Origin: Candidatus Acidiferrales bacterium
GTDB lineage: Bacteria; Acidobacteriota; Terriglobia; Acidiferrales; UBA7541
DNA: 64,000 nucleotides
Direction: 5' to 3'
Assembly (NCBI GenBank): GCA_035603075.1
Contig: DATNLC010000032.1
Coordinates: forward strand, 27,462-91,461
Shown here: positions 55,563 to 62,888 of the stretch, in pieces
Layout of the letters: each line of letters begins with the position of its first letter
Numbering within the stretch: the first letter of the stretch is position 1
The notes under the pieces: model-generated
Databases searched by the model: none
What the model was told of the DNA's origin: nothing
Seen by the model: only the letters and a program-made list of their open reading frames with translations
Translations under genes and position numbers: made by a program

Positions 55563-56231
55563 ATGAACAGTATCCACATCACGGACTGGGCTGGGTTATT
55601 GGAGTGGTCTTTCTGCTTCTTCGCGATCTGTTTATTCGCGTGGGCATTCTTGAGAAACGCGATCGTGCACGCACTTCGAGGTCTGGGGTGGATGCGCGGC
55701 CCGGCGAACAGGGAAGAGATAGCGCACGCGATCAAAGTGAAAGAGAGACTGATGGATCTCAGTAAGAAACCCAATGGCAGCGGCGAGTGGGGCAAGGCGA
55801 GGTTGTTTGGCGCGTGGATCGCCGGGGTATTGATGACGGTCGCAGTCACAGCCGTATTTACAGTCAAGCACGACCGGGAAATCAAGCGGCTGCAACTTGA
55901 GAACCAGCAATTAAAAATGGAGCTGTCGGTCAGTCCCGACACCTACACATGGTTTGAGGTACTGAGGGTATACGATGCGTGGGATTTCCAGTTGCAGTTC
56001 ATCAACGGCGGAAACCCGTTCGATATCCATTTCGACCACGATGGATCGGAACTAAAACTTGGATGGGATGAGGGCATGATCGTCGAATCTATGACATTCC
56101 GCCCGACATCCACCGGCAACACCGTGGCTGCACATAATCTCGGTATGCGGATTCACCGCAATACTGCTACCGGGAAATTCATCGACTACAGGAGCGCAGC
56201 GTGGATTACAACGATGCAATCGCAGCGGTAA
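55563..56231 (+). CDS. membrane protein with two TM helices and a coiled-coil segment (lysis accessory candidate)
   Basis: 222 aa. TM-like WSFCFFAICLFAWAFL and LFGAWIAGVLMTVAVTAVFTV, then KRLQLENQQLKMEL. Confidence 0.45.
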   Translation: MNSIHITDWAGLLEWSFCFFAICLFAWAFLRNAIVHALRGLGWMRGPANREEIAHAIKVKERLMDLSKKPNGSGEWGKARLFGAWIAGVLMTVAVTAVFTVKHDREIKRLQLENQQLKMELSVSPDTYTWFEVLRVYDAWDFQLQFINGGNPFDIHFDHDGSELKLGWDEGMIVESMTFRPTSTGNTVAAHNLGMRIHRNTATGKFIDYRSAAWITTMQSQR

Positions 56232-56401
56232 ACGCCGGTAAGTACGCATGGCGTTCTGAGTGGAATGGCGCTTACATCTACCTCTACGAAGGGCAGATTG
56301 TCCAGAGTACGGCAACTGGGCCATACCATCCATACATGCCGACGCCGGCGGATCAGCAAGCGCAGGATTTTGACACCGGAGACCACCCGCCACACCCTTA
56401 A
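56201..56401 (+). CDS. DUF2829-like small protein (the family that includes the anti-Thoeris sponge Tad2)
   Basis: GTG start 6 nt after AGGAG. MDYNDAIAAVNAGKYAWRSEWNGAYIYLYEGQIV...YMPTPADQQAQDF follows the DUF2829 pattern (f..Al.alk.Gk...R..W.g..i.l ... p...D..a.Dw). Confidence 0.5.
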   Translation: MDYNDAIAAVNAGKYAWRSEWNGAYIYLYEGQIVQSTATGPYHPYMPTPADQQAQDFDTGDHPPHP

Positions 56402-56416
56402 AAGGAGCTTCGTTGA

Positions 56417-56785
56417 TTGAGCGCCACTCCGCCAACCGAGATATACGTCACTCTCCCGGTCGTCCAGTTTATCGACCGGGAGATCGGCCATTTGGGGGAG
56501 AAAACCACATTGCGCGCCGATCTGGAGGCAATGGCGGTCAGGCTGAACCATTTGGAAATTCTGCGGCGTTTGGATGAGTTAAACCACGCTCACGTTCAGG
56601 CAACAGCCGACAAGCAAGAGCTACTTCCGCGACAATTGTTCGAGCAATTCGCCAATGAGAACGCGAAGTGGCGGGAGGCAGTAACGAAGTCGATCAGCGA
56701 GTCCGTAGGCTCTAACCGCACACTGATTGTCGTGGTAGGATTCATTTTTACTTCCATCACTATCCTGATGAGATTTCTGAAATAA
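56417..56785 (+). CDS. tail-anchored coiled-coil membrane protein
   Basis: TTG start 9 nt after AAGGAG. 122 aa, helical, with a single C-terminal TM (TLIVVVGFIFTSITILMRFL). Confidence 0.4.
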   Translation: MSATPPTEIYVTLPVVQFIDREIGHLGEKTTLRADLEAMAVRLNHLEILRRLDELNHAHVQATADKQELLPRQLFEQFANENAKWREAVTKSISESVGSNRTLIVVVGFIFTSITILMRFLK

Positions 56786-56799
56786 GCCGAGTGGGATGA

Positions 56800-56991
56800 T
56801 TGGTACGCCGCATAACTTTGCACTGTCTCTTGACCACCCCTGAGTCCATACGAGCGGAGATCGAACGGCTGGGGGAAGACAAACTTAAGATGACGGACAC
56901 GGGGCTGATACGGATCGTGGACTGGATCATAGAGAGTTTGCGGGAGAGATTGGATAAACTGGAAACGAGAGAGAAGAGGCCACCGAAATGA
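56800..56991 (+). CDS. small hypothetical protein
   Basis: 63-aa ORF with a TTG start. Its stop overlaps the next ATG (ATGA). The start is uncertain. Confidence 0.3.
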   Translation: MVRRITLHCLLTTPESIRAEIERLGEDKLKMTDTGLIRIVDWIIESLRERLDKLETREKRPPK

Positions 56992-57899
56992 TCACCAACT
57001 ATTACGATCTCGTGCAATCCATACTCCCGGCGTGGAACGGGAGACTGGCTGGCCACCACATCGGGTACCTCGCTGACGGTCACGTTCACCGCGCGGTGCC
57101 ATATAACGCCGCTGACCTCAAGGTAATGGCCAAGCGCCTCTCCCTGATGCGCGCCGCCGGATTCGACATGCTGATCGAAACCTGGCAGGGACCGTGGGCG
57201 ACGGCGTGCCATGCGGACGCGATAGCCAACTCGGCATTGTGTACCGAGATGGGAATGCAGTTTGCGCTCCTTCTCGATCCGGGTGGGATGCAGAAATGGC
57301 TCCCCAATCAGTCCCAGGCTACGATCACCGCGAATGTTGTAGCTGCACTGGAATCAGCCGCGCCCATGATTGCCGCATCCAGCTATGTCCCCGAAAAATT
57401 CATTCTCGATTTCAATACGGGAGCTAACTTGTCAACGTTGGCGAAGGCATTTCCGAGCTACAACTTTCTCGCGCAAGGATCGGGATTTAGTTGGATCTCT
57501 ATTCCTAAATTAAACTCGAAAGCGTACTTGTCTCCGGATGATCTCTCGTGCAATTCCCTATCCGTTGCTAACCTCAAATCCCAGCACTCCAACCCCGCCA
57601 TGAAGGTTGCGAGTTTCTGTTTCGAGTTCGATGACTCGGGGATGCCACTACCATCGGGGGTGCAATCGATGGCGACGTTTCTGGCGGCGGGCGGCAACCG
57701 GGACTTTACGCAGTCCTGCTGGGGTGGGCCAGCACGACGGTTATACTCTTACTCCGGCCAGTTCGCGCGGCAGCAGATTGCGACAATCAACCCAAGCACA
57801 CCGATTATCGCAGCGGTTACGATTACAGACTACGACGAGAATACCGCGCTGGAGCCCAAATTAGCCGAGGCCGCAGGAGTCAACTGGAGCACGCTGTAA
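56988..57899 (+). CDS. hypothetical enzyme-like protein (possible glycosidase fold, weak)
   Basis: 303 aa. LMRAAGFDMLIETWQGPW and QFALLLDPGG resemble TIM-barrel hydrolases. No motif was confidently recognised. Confidence 0.3.
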   Translation: MITNYYDLVQSILPAWNGRLAGHHIGYLADGHVHRAVPYNAADLKVMAKRLSLMRAAGFDMLIETWQGPWATACHADAIANSALCTEMGMQFALLLDPGGMQKWLPNQSQATITANVVAALESAAPMIAASSYVPEKFILDFNTGANLSTLAKAFPSYNFLAQGSGFSWISIPKLNSKAYLSPDDLSCNSLSVANLKSQHSNPAMKVASFCFEFDDSGMPLPSGVQSMATFLAAGGNRDFTQSCWGGPARRLYSYSGQFARQQIATINPSTPIIAAVTITDYDENTALEPKLAEAAGVNWSTL

Positions 57900-58270
57900 T
57901 GTGGACCTACGTCATATCCAACGGCTACCTTGGCCACGATGGCCAGCATATCGATACCGGATACAGTGGCCACCCCCCGTATGTGAACGATGTAACCGCA
58001 ATCGCGATCAGGAATGTCGGCCCCCTGCCAACGGGATTCTACACATTTGACGCCGCCATCGACAGCCCGCAACTCGGCCCGTGCGCGATCCCACTCACAC
58101 CCGACCCGGCCAACTTTATGTTCGACCGATCCGGTTTCTTTGTGCATGGTGATAAAGTGGAAGCCCCCGGAGCCCATCTCGCGTCCGACGGCTGCATGAT
58201 CTTCGGACACTCTACCCGCATGATGATCGATTTGAGCACCGATAAACAGTTGCAGGTGGTAGCATATTGA
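57899..58270 (+). CDS. Tlde1/DUF2778-like L,D-transpeptidase-fold protein (candidate peptidoglycan-acting lysin)
   Basis: 123 aa. GYSGHPPYVNDVTAIAIRNVGPLPTGFYTF...IPLTPDPANFMFDRSGFFVHGDKVEAPGAHLASDGCMIF matches the DUF2778 pattern, including the HG...S.GC catalytic-type motif. Confidence 0.65.
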   Translation: MWTYVISNGYLGHDGQHIDTGYSGHPPYVNDVTAIAIRNVGPLPTGFYTFDAAIDSPQLGPCAIPLTPDPANFMFDRSGFFVHGDKVEAPGAHLASDGCMIFGHSTRMMIDLSTDKQLQVVAY

Positions 58271-58301
58271 GGTTGAGGCAGTGACGGAGGGAGATACCGA
58301 T

Positions 58302-58838
58302 ATGGCCAACAATAACAAATGGCGACCAGTCACGCAGGGACCAGCGGCGGAACAGTCACAAGTGGCACAAGCGGCGCAGGGAGTCGACGATACACCCAAT
58401 CAGGGCATCAATCCCAGCCCGAATGGCGATCCTCCGGCTCCAGCCCTCACCGATAGTCAATCGGCCACCAATCCACCCGCCACGGGGCAGGAATCGGCTT
58501 CAACTACCGATCTAGCCGCTCTCGTCGCCAACCTGTCCCCGGAACAGTTAGCCAGGGTCCGGCAACTGGCCAACGCCCACGGCATCGCGTCCAATATCGG
58601 TCCCCGCAAGCTACCCAACGGCAACGTGGTGATCGAAGTCGAGATCCCCGCCGAGGCGGTTGAGCCGTTGTCTGTATGGGCCGAGGCTGCCGGAGAGCCA
58701 CTCGCTGCGTTCATCTCCAAAGTGGCAGGGGATGCGATCGTCAATTACACGTTCGGCGACTGGGGGGCGGTGGCGACGATGGCGACGGTGCCAGCGCCTG
58801 TAACCGCGGCTACACCCGAGCCCGTAACCGCAAAGTAG
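58302..58838 (+). CDS. hypothetical protein with a disordered Pro/Gln/Ala-rich N-terminal half
   Basis: ATG 58302 follows GGAGGGAG (the track starts at GTG 58281). 178 aa. Confidence 0.45.
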   Translation: MANNNKWRPVTQGPAAEQSQVAQAAQGVDDTPNQGINPSPNGDPPAPALTDSQSATNPPATGQESASTTDLAALVANLSPEQLARVRQLANAHGIASNIGPRKLPNGNVVIEVEIPAEAVEPLSVWAEAAGEPLAAFISKVAGDAIVNYTFGDWGAVATMATVPAPVTAATPEPVTAK

Positions 58839-58845
58839 GCCAACC

Positions 58846-59199
58846 GTGCCATTTGCCAATCTGCCGCCGCAAGGCACTCTCTATATCCAAAACTTTAACG
58901 GGATCGCATGGGCTCAACCGGGGGGGCCGAACACACCCGTTTATCCACAACAACAGATCGGCGTGCAGTACCAATTCGAGCCCACACCGGGATCGATTAT
59001 CTGGTCGGAGAATAGTGGATTGTGGTCGTTCTCGTGCTCTCACTGGGCTATGGAGCCAATGATATTTCAAGATTTCGATGAGATGCTGGGAGTAAGTGTT
59101 GCTGTGATTACGTGCCCGATTTGCACCTGCGTGAGTCGTTACCAGAGCCCTTACTCCAGCATCCACGACGTGTTCGCGTACCCGATAATCATTCCCTAG
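58846..59199 (+). CDS. hypothetical protein
   Basis: 117 aa with a GTG start. It is the last rightward gene, and its stop shares CTAG with the convergent gene. Confidence 0.4.
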   Translation: MPFANLPPQGTLYIQNFNGIAWAQPGGPNTPVYPQQQIGVQYQFEPTPGSIIWSENSGLWSFSCSHWAMEPMIFQDFDEMLGVSVAVITCPICTCVSRYQSPYSSIHDVFAYPIIIP

Positions 59200-59651
59200 C
59201 CGTCACCCTTCGCCATCCACTCGCACAACCCCAGCAACTCCCTCATACTCACTCCCAGTCCGTCCGCATACTCGAATAAAGTCCCCATAATCGGCGTCGC
59301 TTTATTCGTTTCGATCTTACATACATGTGTGCGAGGTTTGTGCAGGACGCGCGCCAGTTGTGCCTGAGACAAGCCCATACGGACGCGGAGATACCAGACG
59401 ACGAATGGCAGCCAGAACAACACATCACACGCGGGGCGATAACGGGCTGGAATGGCAATCGGTACAGTCATAATAGGCTCGGATACTGTCTCGACCACTT
59501 CCACAGGTTCAGCGAACTCCGTGCGGCACCGCCTGCACTTACCGTTTACCGTCTCGAATTGCCGCAACTCGCAATGCCTGCACCGGACGACATTGCGAGG
59601 CGGGACGGAGGGTGACGCAACTATAGTTCCGGACTGAACGACAGAGCCCAT
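59196..59651 (-). CDS. XRE-family HTH transcriptional regulator with an N-terminal zinc ribbon
   Basis: ATG 59651 (the track ORF extends to 59750 but would overlap the upstream gene). Contains CRHCELRQF...GKCRRCRT, then MGLSQAQLARVLHKPRTHVCKIETNKATPIMGTLFEYADGLGVSMRELL. Confidence 0.7.
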   Translation of the reverse strand: MGSVVQSGTIVASPSVPPRNVVRCRHCELRQFETVNGKCRRCRTEFAEPVEVVETVSEPIMTVPIAIPARYRPACDVLFWLPFVVWYLRVRMGLSQAQLARVLHKPRTHVCKIETNKATPIMGTLFEYADGLGVSMRELLGLCEWMAKGDG

Positions 59652-59655
59652 ATCG

Positions 59656-59991
59656 TTATGCCAGCGGCGCGATCGGTTGCAACTGTGTAGGGTCCACTTT
59701 CGACTTCGCCACCGTATCCGCGGCCAGCGCGGCGGCAATCGCATCGTCAAGGCCAGCGATAATCGACAGCGCGGACTGCGGCAAGTTGGTCTGGGATTTC
59801 AACGTGGCGATAACGCCGGCCAGCGCGGCCAGCACAGTGGTCGGGTCCAGTGTCGTAGTCACCCCCGAAGCCACCACGGCGTTGAGCGACGAGAATATCG
59901 CGGCGACGATGGACTTGATGGAGGTGGAGACTTGGGGAAGGTTCTGGACGACGGAGGAGAGAAGGGATGCGATCAGCAATGCGAAGGACAT
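59656..59991 (-). CDS. hypothetical hydrophobic/amphipathic Ala/Ser/Leu-rich protein
   Basis: 111 aa. GGGAGGAAAA SD lies before ATG 59991. Confidence 0.5.
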   Translation of the reverse strand: MSFALLIASLLSSVVQNLPQVSTSIKSIVAAIFSSLNAVVASGVTTTLDPTTVLAALAGVIATLKSQTNLPQSALSIIAGLDDAIAAALAADTVAKSKVDPTQLQPIAPLA

Positions 59992-59993
59992 GA

Positions 59994-60404
59994 CTATTTT
60001 CCTCCCGTGACTTGGGCTGCGATACCCGTAATATCGGACTGGACTTTGTTGATCGCGGCAGTGACGGGAGCGGTTGCAGATGCACTACTGTTTCCACCCG
60101 CCGCCCGCCACGCTTGGTACACAGTGTTCGCGGTATCGTAGTCGGAGATCGCCTGATTCAATACCATCTTGAGCGTCAGCGTCTCAGTCACCTTCCCACT
60201 CGCAACATCGGCCTTGAAGGAATTCAACGCGGCCTGCGCATCATACAGTACGCGATAACTGTAGGCGTCGAAGGTTGACAACTGTCCCGGCACTGGAGCG
60301 ACTGCCGCGTGGTTAGCGCACGCGTTTGTCAGGAGTGAAAGCGAAAGCAGCATAAGGAGCGGCGGCAACAGCCTCCGCATCGGTCGATACTTCGATATCG
60401 GCAT
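59994..60404 (-). CDS. lipoprotein candidate
   Basis: GAAGGGAG lies 5 nt before ATG 60404. Reads MPISKYRPMRRLLPPLLMLLSLSLLTNAC, a signal peptide plus lipobox-like TNAC. The mature part is helical. Confidence 0.5.
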   Translation of the reverse strand: MPISKYRPMRRLLPPLLMLLSLSLLTNACANHAAVAPVPGQLSTFDAYSYRVLYDAQAALNSFKADVASGKVTETLTLKMVLNQAISDYDTANTVYQAWRAAGGNSSASATAPVTAAINKVQSDITGIAAQVTGGK

Positions 60405-60657
60405 TGGTACTCCCTTCGTTGGTTGGAATTGGTGCAATTGTAGTCGAATTCGTCCGGCTGTCAAGGAACGGTTGGAGAATGCGATGGAGGCAGGATTCTC
60501 CGCAGATTATTTTGACGCCGTTTTCCTTGGAACCAAAATCACTCCAGTGCTCGATTACAAAATGCTGATCGGAGCCGTCGAAGACCAACAGCCATTTGTT
60601 AGCGATCTTCTTCTCGGCACCGCACACGTCGCAGCAAGCTTTGGTCGTCCAGCCCAT
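60313..60657 (-). CDS. hypothetical Cys-containing protein
   Basis: AAAGGAGG lies before ATG 60657 (MGWTTKACCDVCGAEKK...CGESCLH). It overlaps the lipoprotein gene start out of frame. Confidence 0.45.
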   Translation of the reverse strand: MGWTTKACCDVCGAEKKIANKWLLVFDGSDQHFVIEHWSDFGSKENGVKIICGESCLHRILQPFLDSRTNSTTIAPIPTNEGSTNADIEVSTDAEAVAAAPYAAFAFTPDKRVR

Positions 60658-60866
60658 TACGATTGCCTCCTTTCTGGATTCCTCCACACCAGATACGCCC
60701 GCTTGCTGTGCGCGTGCGCGACCAATGCCTCGCACGGCCATTCCTGACACGCGAGTACTGGTCCTCCACTGTGATCACATTGAGTCACCGCGTCGTGGAG
60801 ATCGGGAGTGTAGGTGTTGGTGCGCGGGGATTTGACGAGCGTGCGGAATGGATGACCGTTGGCCAT
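60657..60866 (-). CDS. small hypothetical protein
   Basis: 69 aa. GGAGGA lies 10 nt before ATG 60866. Its stop overlaps the next start (TAATG). Confidence 0.45.
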   Translation of the reverse strand: MANGHPFRTLVKSPRTNTYTPDLHDAVTQCDHSGGPVLACQEWPCEALVAHAHSKRAYLVWRNPERRQS

Positions 60867-60870
60867 ATTG

Positions 60871-61185
60871 TTACCGTCCTCCCACTCCCGGCATTGCCAT
60901 CGTCGCCTTTACAAAATGCCGCATATCCGCGTTGTCGTCGGTATACGCTATGTCGTGCAATTGCATCCCTAGTTGCAGGATCGGCGGGTTGTCGAAATAC
61001 ATCTCGAACAGTTCATGGTTGGGACGCATGAACCAGAAGATGTGAGAGTTGACGTAAACGACCTGGCAGTCCCAAGTGTGTTTGAGTGGGTGATGCCACT
61101 TGCGGATCGCGGAATCGGTGCCCATGCCGATCCAGAACCAGCACAGAGCGATGAACAGCATGAGAGGGAGAGCGCGACGGTTCAC
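60871..61185 (-). CDS. hypothetical protein with an N-terminal TM anchor
   Basis: GTG 61185 overlaps the upstream stop (GTGA). Reads (M)NRRALPLMLFIALCWFWIGMG. Confidence 0.4.
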   Translation of the reverse strand: MNRRALPLMLFIALCWFWIGMGTDSAIRKWHHPLKHTWDCQVVYVNSHIFWFMRPNHELFEMYFDNPPILQLGMQLHDIAYTDDNADMRHFVKATMAMPGVGGR

Positions 61186-61619
61186 AGTTCGTCCTCGTCT
61201 GGTTTGCCGACCTGCACATACCTCGATCCTTTGCCCGTCTTCATGCACTCCGCGATCACCATCGCGCTGACCCCCTTCTCCAGCAACTTTTTGGCATCCA
61301 CTCTACGGCTTCCCTTCTTCTCCACGATGTTCACTGGGTAGCCAATGCAGGTTACGTGCTCCTCTCCAGCGACATCCAGCGCGGTGACCAGAGCCTCCTT
61401 CAATTCTTTGAGGATACCGTTGCGGAACTTGATCTCGTTCTGGATGTCGGTCACCTTATCGACCATTTGGTCGAAAGTCAGCAACTTTTCGCCGTCTTTG
61501 AGCTTGATCCGTTGCTTGAATCGTTTAAGTTCCGGTATCGAGTCCCATTCCTTCACGGGCATCGACTGTTCGATCTCCGCCGCCAGTCTTGCCATCTGCG
61601 CGCGCGCTAAAGCTGTCAT
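61182..61619 (-). CDS. hypothetical protein (coiled-coil N-terminus)
   Basis: 145 aa with SD-like GAGAGGA upstream. Confidence 0.5.
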   Translation of the reverse strand: MTALARAQMARLAAEIEQSMPVKEWDSIPELKRFKQRIKLKDGEKLLTFDQMVDKVTDIQNEIKFRNGILKELKEALVTALDVAGEEHVTCIGYPVNIVEKKGSRRVDAKKLLEKGVSAMVIAECMKTGKGSRYVQVGKPDEDEL

Positions 61620-61635
61620 GAAATTGTCGTCCTCT

Positions 61636-61857
61636 CTATTGTTCGATTTCGTTCTTGGTCAATTCCCGCTGAATACGCATCCACATATCGTAGGGTACAA
61701 GCACCGCCTCCTCTTCGATCTGCCAGATGTCGTCGAAATGCTTGAACGCTTCGATTTCACATCGTTGCATCTCGCGGACCTTGGTCTTGAATCGAGTAAA
61801 CGTGTGGTATTTGACCCGCTCATCAAAGAATAGTGCCATCACCCGTTCCCCCACCAA
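61636..61857 (-). CDS. small hypothetical protein
   Basis: 73-aa ORF overlapping the end of the upstream AbrB-like gene. An alternative ATG lies at 61839. Confidence 0.4.
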   Translation of the reverse strand: MVGERVMALFFDERVKYHTFTRFKTKVREMQRCEIEAFKHFDDIWQIEEEAVLVPYDMWMRIQRELTKNEIEQ

Positions 61858-62032
61858 TCACTATCTCCATCCTTCCATTCGCGCCAGCCACCAATTCCAC
61901 CACCTGTCCATCCCCTACACCCATCAGATCGACAATCTCCTCGGGCACCGTCATCTCGGTCACGGTATGGACGGTCGATGAGTACTGATGGCGGCGGAGG
62001 CGAACCGACCGAGTTACAGTTTCACTAGCCAT
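61823..62032 (-). CDS. AbrB/SpoVT (MazE-like) swapped-hairpin DNA-binding protein, copy 2
   Basis: 69 aa. EMTVPEEIVDLMGVGDGQVVELVAGANGRMEIV fits the AbrB-domain pattern (tIPkeir..lgl..Gd.v.i....g.i.i). Confidence 0.6.
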   Translation of the reverse strand: MASETVTRSVRLRRHQYSSTVHTVTEMTVPEEIVDLMGVGDGQVVELVAGANGRMEIVIGGGTGDGTIL

Positions 62033-62273
62033 CCGCTTTTGTGACCTTGATCCACTTCTCCGTTCTATGCGCTTTCACCAGCACCGTATCCCCGGCCTCC
62101 AGTCCCGTCAACTCCACCACCGCTTTGGGGATCGTCATGGCCAGTCCGCTGTCCTTGGCTTTCCCTCGCGACCGGAACACGGTCATGGCGCGGATCACAA
62201 CGTTCCCGCCCGTATCGACTGGCGGGCTGGTCGAGCGCTGCTTTGCCGTTCTCTCCGTTCCCCTCTTTGTCAT
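62025..62273 (-). CDS. AbrB/SpoVT (MazE-like) swapped-hairpin DNA-binding protein, copy 1
   Basis: 82 aa. AMTIPKAVVELTGLEAGDTVLVKAHRTEKWIKV fits the AbrB-domain pattern. Preceded by a strong promoter, with no SD. Confidence 0.65.
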   Translation of the reverse strand: MTKRGTERTAKQRSTSPPVDTGGNVVIRAMTVFRSRGKAKDSGLAMTIPKAVVELTGLEAGDTVLVKAHRTEKWIKVTKADG

Positions 62274-62298
62274 ATCGTTAGCATATCGTTAGATATCG
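62271..62298. repeat. 11-bp direct repeats (CATATCGTTAG x2 plus a partial ATATCGGCGAT) at the AbrB gene start; operator candidate
   Basis: On the plus strand, 62271-62281 and 62282-62292 are identical. ATATCG recurs at 62272, 62283 and 62293. The repeats overlap the -10 box and the start codon. Confidence 0.75.
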
Positions 62299-62308
62299 GC
62301 GATGTCAA
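62280..62308 (-). promoter_or_regulatory. sigma70-like promoter driving the AbrB pair (leaderless)
   Basis: Read on the minus strand: TTGACA (62308-62303), a 17-nt spacer, TATGCT (62285-62280), then 6 nt to ATG 62273. Confidence 0.55.
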
Positions 62309-62327
62309 GGAAAATCCGCAACTTATC

Positions 62328-62546
62328 TCAACTCCCCTGATCCGACCACTCCATGCCGCAACTATCGCACACGATATTGCCCTTGCGGATAATCAGGACG
62401 TGGCCGGTCCCATCCTCACGTTGACACTTGTCCAGTTTCTCTCTGTAACGAGATACTGCGTCAACAAGACTTGTGGGAAGCAAACGATATCGTGTTGTTG
62501 TCGGAACTATTTTCACCTGCACATCCTCATTGGCTGCGATAACCAT
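62328..62546 (-). CDS. small hypothetical protein
   Basis: 72 aa. AAAGGAG lies before ATG 62546. CDSC motif near the C-terminus. Confidence 0.5.
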   Translation of the reverse strand: MVIAANEDVQVKIVPTTTRYRLLPTSLVDAVSRYREKLDKCQREDGTGHVLIIRKGNIVCDSCGMEWSDQGS

Positions 62547-62575
62547 AATTAGTTCTCCTTTGATCGACTTACGAT

Positions 62576-62887
62576 TTAGAATTCAAACTTAAACTTATGG
62601 GACGGAGGTATGGCGGTTAGCCACTGTCCTCCGTCCGTTCCACGAGCGCCACTATTGCAGTCCAATAGCGATTGCCTGCGCCGCAGAAATTGTTGTGCGC
62701 TGGTGCCGCTGTACCCAGCCACGCACTCATCGCAGTTGTACAATTGCATCCTCGGCTGTCTCTCGCCGTTCACGATTAATTCGTGCCCACATTCCAATTT
62801 CACCACCCACTGCCTGCACGGCACGTCGTCGCTGTACGGGGATTTGGCGATCTTGACGGGACGCATTCTCAATCGACGGATGCCCAT
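62576..62887 (-). CDS. Cys/His zinc-binding-like hypothetical protein
   Basis: ATG 62887 lies 1 nt from the polymerase stop codon 62891-62889 (ATGtcaTGA; the track starts at 62920). Contains CRQW..LECGH...CDEC. Confidence 0.5.
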   Translation of the reverse strand: MGIRRLRMRPVKIAKSPYSDDVPCRQWVVKLECGHELIVNGERQPRMQLYNCDECVAGYSGTSAQQFLRRRQSLLDCNSGARGTDGGQWLTAIPPSHKFKFEF

Positions 62888-62888
62888 G

